Virus record (IMG/VR): IMGVR_UViG_3300025838_000001
Location: 1-64,000 of that record
DNA length: 64,000 nt
Source of the DNA: a virus
Direction: 5' to 3' (one strand)
Position numbers and translations under genes: made by a program. The notes beneath the pieces were generated by a model. The model was not told the origin of the DNA and searched no databases. It saw nothing but the letters and a program-made list of their open reading frames with translations. Every line of letters starts with the position of its first letter. Position 1 is the first letter of the stretch. Shown here one piece after another: positions 1 through 7,777 of this stretch.

Positions 1-156
1 TACCTGATCCCTTACCTGATCCCATACCTGAGCCCTTACCTGATCCCCTACCTGAGCCCATACCTGAGCCCCTACCTGATCCCATACCTGAGCCCATACC
101 TGAGCCCCTACCTGATCCCTTACCTGATCCCTTACCTGAGCCCCTACCTGAGCCGG
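1..156. repeat. In-frame 12-nt tandem repeat, 13 units (TACCTGA[T/G]CCCN), runs off the window edge
   Basis: Direct reading: units at 1-12, 13-24 ... 145-156. Variation is almost confined to unit positions 8 and 12. Confidence 0.95.
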
Positions 157-414
157 ACTAATTACTTTTGCAAGCACCCCACTATTAAAAATATTTTTCA
201 AATAACCGACAGCATACTGGCAAGCCATAGGGGAGTCAACAAAAATAACTATAGGATTTTTGTATCCGGCTAATTGATACATCCAATTAATCCCCTTAAT
301 ACACTCTTCTTTATTTAATTCTGTTTTGCAAGAAAAAAAACGGTCTAGCCATTCATCCCTCACTTGATACATTAATTCAACTTGTTCGGGTGTTAATTTT
401 TCTATCTTATTCAT
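1..414 (-). CDS. Hypothetical protein, N-terminal part only; becomes Q-V-x-[A/D] tetrapeptide repeats
   Basis: ATG at 414 (MNKIEKLTPEQVELMYQVRDEWLDRFF...), open to position 1. Absent from the ORF track because there is no stop in the window. The repeat translates AQVGAQVRDQVRDQVGAQVWAQVWDQV... Confidence 0.7.
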   Translation of the reverse strand, partial: MNKIEKLTPEQVELMYQVRDEWLDRFFSCKTELNKEECIKGINWMYQLAGYKNPIVIFVDSPMACQYAVGYLKNIFNSGVLAKVISPAQVGAQVRDQVRDQVGAQVWAQVWDQVGAQVWAQVGDQVRAQVWDQVRDQV

Positions 415-420
415 ATTTGG

Positions 421-660
421 TTAGTTTAAAATTAATTGATCTTGCCATTGCTTCCAGTGTGGAGTCTCATCTACCACATCAAATAAATCAGCCTCAAATC
501 CAAAACGGCTACCGAATTCAATAAGGGTATAGTAAAACTTATCGTAATGGTATTCTACTGAAAGCAAATGGTATTTAGCCCCTTCAACAAGAATAGACTC
601 TACTTCTATACCTAATGTGCGATTAAATACCGGTGGTTCTTTGCAGATTAAAGTAGTCAA
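421..660 (-). CDS. Hypothetical protein (79 aa, TTG start)
   Basis: ORF track. Sits directly downstream of the duplicated promoter/operator element. No recognisable motifs. Confidence 0.45.
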   Translation of the reverse strand: MTTLICKEPPVFNRTLGIEVESILVEGAKYHLLSVEYHYDKFYYTLIEFGSRFGFEADLFDVVDETPHWKQWQDQLILN

Positions 661-678
661 GGTGGGTAGTTTTTAGAT

Positions 679-731
679 TGCTAAGATAATGTACATTACA
701 TTACAATCCAAATAAATTGAAAAATATTTTT
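679..731 (-). promoter_or_regulatory. 53-bp promoter/operator element, copy 1 (identical copy at 9013-9065)
   Basis: Identical 53-mer at two loci, each upstream of a minus-strand gene. Minus strand reads TTTG, then 20 nt, then TATCTTAG (near TAnnTTTG). A perfect 12-bp palindrome TAATGTACATTA (687-698) lies between the boxes. Confidence 0.6.
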
Positions 732-1140
732 ACACTTCTTTTATGTCTATATTATGCACCTTTTTCATCAACTTCTTCTTTTTCTTATACTCTTTAGTCA
801 GGTACCCCTTACAGTCCTCCACAATAACCAGACCGGTATGCTTATCTACATATTGGAAATCGGCTACATATACTAGGGAAAAAGATCCATCGGTGTTAAG
901 TTCGTACTCTACCTGCCTGGCTAAAAAGGCTATCTCCCCGGCTTTAAGTAATTTCTTCAAAACGGTGTAACGCCTAGCCTCTTTCTTGCTATCAAATACC
1001 TCCCCATCAACCTCCCCTTTCTGGCTGCTGTACTTATGTTTCTTTTCTTTTTTAGGTGGGTCTGTAAACAGGTGGGTATTGAGATTCCCTACGGCAGAAT
1101 TCTTAATATCTTCTATCGTAAATACCCTTCCCTTAGCCAT
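730..1140 (-). CDS. DUF1064-family phage protein (nuclease-fold)
   Basis: C-terminal pattern EVDGEVFDSKKEARRY...AGEI...YVADFQYV...VEDCKGYLTKEYKKKKKL matches DUF1064. Likely start is the ATG at 1140 (MAKGRVF), abutting the dnaB stop at 1142. Confidence 0.6.
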   Translation of the reverse strand: MAKGRVFTIEDIKNSAVGNLNTHLFTDPPKKEKKHKYSSQKGEVDGEVFDSKKEARRYTVLKKLLKAGEIAFLARQVEYELNTDGSFSLVYVADFQYVDKHTGLVIVEDCKGYLTKEYKKKKKLMKKVHNIDIKEV

Positions 1141-1141
1141 G

Positions 1142-2614
1142 TTAAAAAGGATTGGTGTCGTTGTCTGTGGAAGAAAATGTCTTTGGCATATTACCCTGGG
1201 AAATAGGCTTGAAATTAGACGGTAACCCGGTATCTGGCACTTCTTCAAATTTCTGTATCTCTAGCCTAGCCCTAAGCCTTGTGACTCCCAATTTCCCATT
1301 ACGGTTTTTTGCGGTCTTTATATGCGTTTCTCCTGCTGTAGAATCTCCGTTCTCGTTGGTGTCTATATCGTAGTATTCTGGCCGATAAATGAACATAACG
1401 CAATCCGAATCCTGTTCGAGACTACCCGACTCCCTCAGATCGCTAAGCATAGGCATTTTGCTTTCTTTGCGATTTTCTACTTGCCTGGATAGTTGAGATA
1501 ACGCAATGATTGGAACGTTTAACTCCTTGGCTATTATTTTAATATTCCTAGAAATGTTACTAATTTCTTGCTCCCGGTTACCTGATCGGTCTTTATCGCC
1601 AGACATAAGCTGCAAGTAATCAATAATGATTAAACCTACATTATGCTTATTCACCATCTTGCGAGACTTGGATCTAAAATCATAAATGTTTAATCCAGCG
1701 GTATCGTCTATGTAAATAGGAGCTTTCTCCATAATAGCAACCCCTTTTTCCATAAAACCTTTATACTCAAAATCAGATAAGGTTCCCCTTTGTACCCGTT
1801 CAAATAATATCCCAGACTCCGCTGATAGCATCCTGTTCATACACTGAGAAGCAGACATCTCCAAAGAAAAAAAACCAACCGGGGTGGGCTTTATTTTATG
1901 CAAGGCTGCGTTCTTAGCTAGATTTAAAGCCAACGCAGACTTCCCTATACTCGGTCTAGCTGCAATAATAATAAAATCAGTAGGCTGCCATCCGTAGGTT
2001 ATCTTATCCAGCGACTCAAACCCGGTAGGTACACCGGTAAATAAATCCTGAGAGTTTCTTTGCTGATCAATAATGCTTAGCGTCTTTGCTATAATAGAAG
2101 GAGCATCCTCAAAGTTCTTCTTCATTACGCTGTTAGCTATACCAAAAACATCTTTTTCTAGGCTATTGAGCAAATCAAATACGTCCGTGGTATCATCATA
2201 CCCCCTTTCGTAAAAATTACCCGATATGCGTATTATCTCCCTCTTTATGTGATATTGTAAAAGTATCCTTGCGTTCTGCTCTAAAGAAGCCGTTGAGGTA
2301 ACCCGGTCCTGTAACTTGGTAATAAAATAAGGGCCCCCGACAGAATCTAGCTCACCCATAGCTTTTAACTCTTCAACTACCGAAGTTAAATCTATGATCA
2401 TACTTCTACGGCTGAGCCCAACCATAGCCTTAAAAACCTTCTGGTGTTCTGTTTTGTAAAAACAATCCTGGTGAAGTATATCGGAAACTATCTCAAAAGC
2501 ATTAGGTTCTAAAGTAATAGCACCCAGTATAGTCTGTTCCAACTCTACTGCGTGTGGTAATACCTTATTAAAAGACATATCTGGTATGTCATCCGAGTGC
2601 TTTAATTTAGCCAT
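1142..2614 (-). CDS. dnaB: Replicative DNA helicase DnaB
   Basis: Walker A AARPSIGKSALALNLA, IIIDYLQLM, SQLSRQVE and LRESGSLEQDSD motifs. Likely start MAKLKHS at 2614, rather than 2683 as in the ORF track. Confidence 0.9.
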   Translation of the reverse strand: MAKLKHSDDIPDMSFNKVLPHAVELEQTILGAITLEPNAFEIVSDILHQDCFYKTEHQKVFKAMVGLSRRSMIIDLTSVVEELKAMGELDSVGGPYFITKLQDRVTSTASLEQNARILLQYHIKREIIRISGNFYERGYDDTTDVFDLLNSLEKDVFGIANSVMKKNFEDAPSIIAKTLSIIDQQRNSQDLFTGVPTGFESLDKITYGWQPTDFIIIAARPSIGKSALALNLAKNAALHKIKPTPVGFFSLEMSASQCMNRMLSAESGILFERVQRGTLSDFEYKGFMEKGVAIMEKAPIYIDDTAGLNIYDFRSKSRKMVNKHNVGLIIIDYLQLMSGDKDRSGNREQEISNISRNIKIIAKELNVPIIALSQLSRQVENRKESKMPMLSDLRESGSLEQDSDCVMFIYRPEYYDIDTNENGDSTAGETHIKTAKNRNGKLGVTRLRARLEIQKFEEVPDTGLPSNFKPISQGNMPKTFSSTDNDTNPF

Positions 2615-2615
2615 T

Positions 2616-3201
2616 TTATATCCCCCATTGATTAGCCATAGCGTTTGCGATACCAGGAAAAGTCTTTGATCTATTTTTTGCACTTGTGTTATCAGAGTAC
2701 CACTTTGGAAGCGTCTTGCCAGATGGAGTTGTTACAAAATCTCCTTTCTCTACAATATTAGTAGGCTTCAATAACGGTAACCCCGTAAGCCAAAGACAGG
2801 TAGTTTTTTGGTACCTGTCCCCAAATTGCCAAGGCTGAATTATTTGATCAGGCTTTCTATATTCAGTACTCATAATTCCAACTGGGTTTTCAATAGCCAT
2901 AACCGGAATCCCACAATTAACAATATCCATAAAAAACTTAATACCTTCTTGCTGTCTTCCATCCTCACGTTTCTTAGCAAAGTGCTTAGCTCCGGAAACA
3001 GCTAAATGAGTGCAAGGAGGAAAAAAAATAGCCATATCCCATTGCCCCCCCCCCAATCACTTTAAATATATCTTCTTGGTAATGCCATTCGGGGTGTCCT
3101 CCTGAACATGGAAGTATATCACAACTAAAAGCATTATGACCAAGCGCCCTAAATGCTTTACATACAGTTTGAGATTCTTCACACCCTATGAGTACATTCA
3201 T
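2616..3201 (-). pseudogene. C5-cytosine-methyltransferase-like gene split by a +1 frameshift in a G10 tract
   Basis: Frame A: MNVLIGCEESQ...DIFKVIGGG. Frame B: QWDMAIFFPPCTHLAVSG...AIENP...FPGIANAMANQW (PPC and ENP motifs). The frames join at the homopolymer 3045-3054. G9 would give one 194-aa ORF. Confidence 0.6.
3045..3054. repeat. C10/G10 homopolymer at the frameshift point of the methyltransferase-like gene
   Basis: Direct reading of attgCCCCCCCCCCaatcac. Confidence 0.95.
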
Positions 3202-3263
3202 GATAAATGGTGCAGGAAACCCACCGTGCTTTAGCAGCGGGATGAATGCGACCTGCTTTCGTT

Positions 3264-4601
3264 TTAGTTGTTTGAAAATGTTCCAAAGTGGAATGCTTTT
3301 TGAATATTTTTCAGTGCGATACTTTTTTTGTCTACAATCACTCTTCTGCCCAATTGATGAACTCCACCTGTTACTTTTCTTTCTCCTTCTATCCACACCA
3401 AATCCTTTGGCTGTATGGCATAACGCTGTTTGCGGATAGAAGGCGCAAAGCCTTTTCGATTGAGTTGCAATACCCGATTATTCTTGTGTTTCTGAATGAT
3501 CTCTACCGGCTCAATCCTTTGCTGATCGCCTCCACCGGCAATGACAAAAGCATCATTATAATGCGTCTTTTCTATCTGCAGTGCTATTCTGTTCACAAAA
3601 GTGATATAGCCGTAGCTTACTTTTAGATCAGGCACATCGGCCCAAAATTTCTTTCTGATAATAGCCATGTAGGTATTTGGCTTATAGCTTTTTGGTGCGG
3701 CTAATTTGAGTTTCTTTTGATGCAATCGGTCATGGCACTTTTTATGTAGTATTGCCAAGTTCTTTGCACGATTACTGCCGGTTTTATTTCTTTCCAGGCA
3801 GTGGTGAATATGTGATGGCTGGCCTTTAGTAAAGGGCTTATGGCATAATTGGCAACATCCCCTTTCTCTTGCCATCAGGTAGCTGCGCATATTCTGATAT
3901 CCGTACATATCACCCTGCTGATAATCCACACCTTCAATTTGAAAATTCTCAATTTTGGCAATATCGAAATTGGCTACTTCGATGGTAACACTACTGATGG
4001 GCAGTACTTTCTTTAACTGCCTGATGATCTTTAGATGGGTGTCATAACGCCGTTGGGTAGATGGCGGCAACCATCCTTCTTTTTTCTTACGATTCAAAAA
4101 ACGTGGTTTACGATACCAAAGTTTGTTCCTACGACCTCTGCGGTACATGCGTCTTTCAGTCAGCCGTTCAGAAGTCTTGCCATCCATAACTACGGTTCCA
4201 CAAGCAAGCTCTTGAGTTGCCGATACGCATGAATACCCAATATTCTGATAACCGCTATCAATACCCATCTGTACGTCCTGTATCTTGTTCTCACAAACAA
4301 AATTCAGGCGGATGGTAAAAGGATAACAGGTAACCACACTGGCTCTTTGAGATTTAAGCAGCTTGCGAGCTTTAGCCTGGCTACAGGGCATGAGCGGTGA
4401 TCCTTCAATGGATAATACATACACAACGGCTTTAGGCCCACCTGTATGTTGGTGTAGATCCACATCGAGATTGTTAGCAGAGGTTTTTGAGCCTGCCACA
4501 CTAAGAGTTTCCTCTTTGTTTAATGGCAGACCACAGTTGCTACGGACTTGTGGAGCATCCGTAGGTGTGTTCGTTGTCGTTCTCTTTGCTAACTGCTGCA
4601 T
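3264..4601 (-). CDS. iscB: IscB, RuvC-HNH RNA-guided nuclease (OMEGA system, Cas9 ancestor)
   Basis: PLMP domain VVYVLSIEGSPLMPC; RuvC-I GIDSGYQNIGYS; Arg-rich bridge helix RRMYRRGRRNKLWYRKPRF; RuvC-II VTIEVANFD; HNH CQLCHK...HIHHC...N...LHKKCHDRLH; RuvC-III THYNDAFVIAGG. The true start is probably the GTG at 4424 (386 aa). Confidence 0.9.
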   Translation of the reverse strand: MQQLAKRTTTNTPTDAPQVRSNCGLPLNKEETLSVAGSKTSANNLDVDLHQHTGGPKAVVYVLSIEGSPLMPCSQAKARKLLKSQRASVVTCYPFTIRLNFVCENKIQDVQMGIDSGYQNIGYSCVSATQELACGTVVMDGKTSERLTERRMYRRGRRNKLWYRKPRFLNRKKKEGWLPPSTQRRYDTHLKIIRQLKKVLPISSVTIEVANFDIAKIENFQIEGVDYQQGDMYGYQNMRSYLMARERGCCQLCHKPFTKGQPSHIHHCLERNKTGSNRAKNLAILHKKCHDRLHQKKLKLAAPKSYKPNTYMAIIRKKFWADVPDLKVSYGYITFVNRIALQIEKTHYNDAFVIAGGGDQQRIEPVEIIQKHKNNRVLQLNRKGFAPSIRKQRYAIQPKDLVWIEGERKVTGGVHQLGRRVIVDKKSIALKNIQKAFHFGTFSNN

Positions 4602-4693
4602 AAATTCTAAAATTTAGTGGCCCTCTAATCAACCAATTGCTCTTGCAGATCACTCCGCAAGCCCCTTAGGCTTTAGCCTAGGGGGTGATTGAC
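4425..4693 (-). ncRNA. Candidate IscB omega-RNA (HEARO-type) scaffold
   Basis: Lies immediately 5' of the IscB-homologous region. The first 59 annotated codons have no IscB counterpart. Hairpins at 4662-4684 (9 bp plus bulge) and 4540-4564 (7 bp). Inferred from position only, not from a covariance-model search. Confidence 0.5.
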
Positions 4694-5401
4694 CTACTTT
4701 TTCTTTTCAAGTATTTTCAAATACTTAGTATCGTTCTCAAAAATATAATCCCAGGTAACCTTCCAATCTGAACCATCATTTAGACCACGGTAAAAATTAT
4801 CTTTTTTTATCACCTCCAAGATACCGAAAAAGTCAAAAGCCTCCTCTTTTATCCGTGACCCAAACTTCTTCCTTCTGGATTCCGTGATAGATTCAATCTG
4901 TGGTAGCTTATAGTTCTGTGCAAATATGTTCCAGGCACTAGCGTAGGGTTCTATGAATTCAGGCTTATTGTTGGTGATAAATTCTTTTATCGCTATCCAC
5001 CGATCTGATGGTTTAGCCGGAAGGGATACCTCTAACAAAGACCACTTTTTCTCTAGTTCTTTATTAGGACGGTATGTACTTACCCGGTTAGCCGGCACCT
5101 TCTTTAAGGTACTAGGCTGTATGGTCTCCTCCCAAAAATAGTCCCCATCAGTAGCAAATAACTCACATTCGTTGATCATATCACTAATAATCAACTCTAC
5201 ATCTTCTGGTGGCACAAGCATCTGTGACCCTATGGCATCGTATAGATACTTCTTCAGTTGTAACTTATTCGACTCTTCTAGCTGCAGCATCTCTATGATA
5301 CGCCAATATATTCCGTACCCCACAGCCCCGTTTTTGCCAATCAGGGCTAGTAACTTAATGTTTTTTGTAGGGTCTAGCGGGTGAGGGAAACCTGCTTCCA
5401 T
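4694..5401 (-). CDS. DUF4373-domain phage replication protein (DnaD/replisome-organiser-like)
   Basis: N-terminus ...KLLALIGKNGAVGYGIYWRIIEMLQ matches the DUF4373 signature. Located in the helicase module. Confidence 0.6.
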   Translation of the reverse strand: MEAGFPHPLDPTKNIKLLALIGKNGAVGYGIYWRIIEMLQLEESNKLQLKKYLYDAIGSQMLVPPEDVELIISDMINECELFATDGDYFWEETIQPSTLKKVPANRVSTYRPNKELEKKWSLLEVSLPAKPSDRWIAIKEFITNNKPEFIEPYASAWNIFAQNYKLPQIESITESRRKKFGSRIKEEAFDFFGILEVIKKDNFYRGLNDGSDWKVTWDYIFENDTKYLKILEKKK

Positions 5402-5403
5402 AA

Positions 5404-5673
5404 CTATATCTTTTTGGGTTGTTCTGCCTTACCGTGCATCTTGTCCATATCCCGTAATCCACGGCTGTAGGCTTCTGATTCTATTTTTTTTATGAATTTA
5501 CTCATCTCGTTAGAAAACACAATCATATCTCCTGCACTCTTCTCTACTATCCTCCAGGCAAAAGCAACATTAACAGAAGTATAGTCCTTCTCTTGCTTAA
5601 AAGGTAAAGGATAGGGCTCCCTTGGGTCACCGACAGGAAACCTTGGATTTTCTTTAGTCTTTGGATGAGTCAT
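5404..5673 (-). CDS. Hypothetical protein
   Basis: ORF track. The ATG at 5673 forms an ATGA overlap with the upstream stop. Confidence 0.5.
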   Translation of the reverse strand: MTHPKTKENPRFPVGDPREPYPLPFKQEKDYTSVNVAFAWRIVEKSAGDMIVFSNEMSKFIKKIESEAYSRGLRDMDKMHGKAEQPKKI

Positions 5674-6029
5674 AATTTTTCCCAGAGGGTAGAAAAACAT
5701 CGGTGTGCCGTCACGTTCTTAACCGTAGCGTGTCCGACTTTCTTAATGAGATGCTGGTTTGCGGCCCGTACCACAACCCCGCCATACGCTCTTTTGCTTG
5801 GTGGTGACGTAATACGATTACTCAACTCACACCACAAACGAAAATCCTCTGCCTGGAACTTGTGTCCAGATGGGTATTCTCTCAGATAATCAACTAATAA
5901 GTTAAATGCCTTCTGAGCCCACTGGGGAGTCACCTGTTCCGCATGATCAATAGCCTGAGCGATACCAGCGTCTCTTAGCCTCTCGCCTTCAGCTATTATA
6001 TCAAGGATATTCGCTTGTGTGTAAGTCAT
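5670..6029 (-). CDS. Hypothetical protein (119 aa)
   Basis: ORF track; tight operon packing. Confidence 0.55.
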   Translation of the reverse strand: MTYTQANILDIIAEGERLRDAGIAQAIDHAEQVTPQWAQKAFNLLVDYLREYPSGHKFQAEDFRLWCELSNRITSPPSKRAYGGVVVRAANQHLIKKVGHATVKNVTAHRCFSTLWEKL

Positions 6030-6035
6030 TATAGA

Positions 6036-6341
6036 TTATTTTATTCCTAAAAACTTCTGGAACCAAGCTGTATATGGATTAGCAAACTTAGCCGGGTACT
6101 CCTGGATATTGTTAAGGATAAAATTGATATCATCCACAGTAAGGTAAATACCAGGCTTTCCTAATATACCAGATTGATACAAGGTGTTTCCTATCCGGAT
6201 AACCTTGTATTTCACCGTGTCAACAACTAAGGTGTCAGCTACCTTTTCAATAACTGGTTTTGCTGCAGGAACTCCCTTGCTTTGGGAAAAGCCGATAGTT
6301 GCAATCAACGCAAAAGCGATAAATAGAATTGTTTTTTTCAT
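6036..6341 (-). CDS. Small secreted protein (signal peptide)
   Basis: N-terminus MKKTILFIAFALIATIGFSQS looks like a cleavable Sec signal. Confidence 0.55.
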   Translation of the reverse strand: MKKTILFIAFALIATIGFSQSKGVPAAKPVIEKVADTLVVDTVKYKVIRIGNTLYQSGILGKPGIYLTVDDINFILNNIQEYPAKFANPYTAWFQKFLGIK

Positions 6342-6350
6342 GTTAAGTTA

Positions 6351-6851
6351 TTATAGTTCTTGTAATAAAATATCCGGTATGTATTTTAACTCATCCTTAG
6401 CTATTGATGGGTACATAGCTTTAAACCTTTCTACAATCTTTGGCCAGCACTTCAGATCCTGTATCTCAATCATCTTTCGATCATAGTTCCCGTGACAGTC
6501 TGTATTCCAAAAGCAAAGCTCAATAAAGTTTAACGGATGAGTAGCTATTGATTTAAACAGGTTTTTGGGGAGTATATGAGCAATGCTGTATTTATACCGC
6601 TTAGGATCATCCTTACATGTTTTACCACCACAATGCTCGCAAACACCAGTAAGCTCCTTTCTTCTTTCAATAAACCATAGATTCAATTCCTCAGCATGTG
6701 CTTTTTCCGTTGATTCCTTAGCCTTATTCTTCTCGCTAACCTTTGGTATCACATACACCTTTTTCTCAGCCTTCTCACCTTTAGGCTTATGCCTTGGGCA
6801 GTATTGACCATCGGGTGCATGAAATGAACAACCAGGGAATATGCAGGACAT
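6351..6851 (-). CDS. Cys-rich zinc-binding, HNH/NinG-like protein
   Basis: CxxC...CPRH at the N-terminus; CEHCGG...AHILPK...N..ELC...CHGNYD resembles a degenerate HNH-type core. Confidence 0.3.
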   Translation of the reverse strand: MSCIFPGCSFHAPDGQYCPRHKPKGEKAEKKVYVIPKVSEKNKAKESTEKAHAEELNLWFIERRKELTGVCEHCGGKTCKDDPKRYKYSIAHILPKNLFKSIATHPLNFIELCFWNTDCHGNYDRKMIEIQDLKCWPKIVERFKAMYPSIAKDELKYIPDILLQEL

Positions 6852-7777
6852 TACTCTTGAATTAAAGCTACCAATGAATTTATATGATGCGATATAACAA
6901 AGTGTACCATCTCAACAAACTCCATAAGATCAGGTTCAAAAAACTCAGGAAATTCAATCTTTCGCAAATCGTGTACCAATCGCTTCAGACTTTCATTATC
7001 CGCTTCGATCTTAGCAACCTGTTCGTTTATCTTTTCGTGATTAAAAACAAAAGACTGATACCCTCCGTTTTCTGTGACATAAAAGCTAAACGTTTCCCCA
7101 CTCATAATTTTATTATGGATATGTGGGTGTAAGTGCTCCTGAGCCTTCTCAACAGGCGAAATAACTATCTTTGAAACAAGTGGATTGGCTTCAATAATTA
7201 TCGGATATTCTTTCCATTCAGAAATCTTTTCCTGTTCTTTTTTTAAGGCTTCTTCATCTTCCTTCCTTTTCTTCTCGTCTGCCATGCGATTAAACTCTGC
7301 TATTTCCCATGACTTCTTAGCCTCTGCAGCAAACTTCTCAAAATCTTTAGTGGACATCTTTTTTACAACAGCGTAGTCGTATATGCAGTGATACTTACCT
7401 AACTCGTCTATACGAGCCTGTATCTTCTCTTCTGCCAGCCTTTCTTTCTCTGCTTCTATCCTATCCTCCTCAGCCTGCAAAGGAGCCTCTAGTTCCTTCA
7501 TAGCGGCCACAAGCGGTGTAAGTTCAGAGTTAACCCTCCGCTGCCAGGCAAGCGCCTCTTCTTTGAGTTTATCCGCATGTTCAACAAGTGCTACTCTAGT
7601 CCTTTTGATCTCCAAACGAGTTTCACGCACTAAGGCTAACCCTTTGGTGTCTTTTACATCTTTAACCTTCAAACCGGTTGCCTTTTTACGAAAGGCTTCT
7701 ATAGCAGCGGCAGACTCGCTGAACTTTACTAACTCATTCTGCTGGTTGGGCTGAAGTATCACTACCGGGGTATCCAT
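6851..7777 (-). CDS. Coiled-coil protein of the recombination/replication module
   Basis: Long E/K/A-rich heptad-like segments. Positioned between a zinc-ribbon protein and the nuclease-like protein. Confidence 0.5.
   Translation of the reverse strand: MDTPVVILQPNQQNELVKFSESAAAIEAFRKKATGLKVKDVKDTKGLALVRETRLEIKRTRVALVEHADKLKEEALAWQRRVNSELTPLVAAMKELEAPLQAEEDRIEAEKERLAEEKIQARIDELGKYHCIYDYAVVKKMSTKDFEKFAAEAKKSWEIAEFNRMADEKKRKEDEEALKKEQEKISEWKEYPIIIEANPLVSKIVISPVEKAQEHLHPHIHNKIMSGETFSFYVTENGGYQSFVFNHEKINEQVAKIEADNESLKRLVHDLRKIEFPEFFEPDLMEFVEMVHFVISHHINSLVALIQE

Larger units (their letters stand above)
3205..4693 (-). mobile_element. IscB-only IS200/IS605-type (OMEGA) element, boundaries approximate, no TnpA
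   Basis: IscB ORF plus upstream structured region. Similar imperfect hairpins with the same GC-TTTA-GC apex sit near both ends (3222-3241 and 4662-4684). No Y1 transposase ORF in the window. Confidence 0.4.

Noticed and set aside
1-156. Possible CRISPR or non-coding satellite at the left edge
   Set aside because: The 12-nt period is in frame and contiguous with an ORF that starts at 414. It is a coding minisatellite.
730-1248. Long forms of DUF1064 (start 1248), DnaB (start 2683), terL (TTG 16866) and others in the ORF track
   Set aside because: The N-terminal extensions overlap upstream genes or terminators. Internal ATGs that abut the upstream stops give the family-typical N-termini.
2986-3396. 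136-aa ORF-track entry read as one protein
   Set aside because: Its first 65 codons overlap the 3' end of iscB out of frame and are basic junk. Only the part from the ATG at 3201 is methyltransferase-like, and it is one half of the frameshifted gene.
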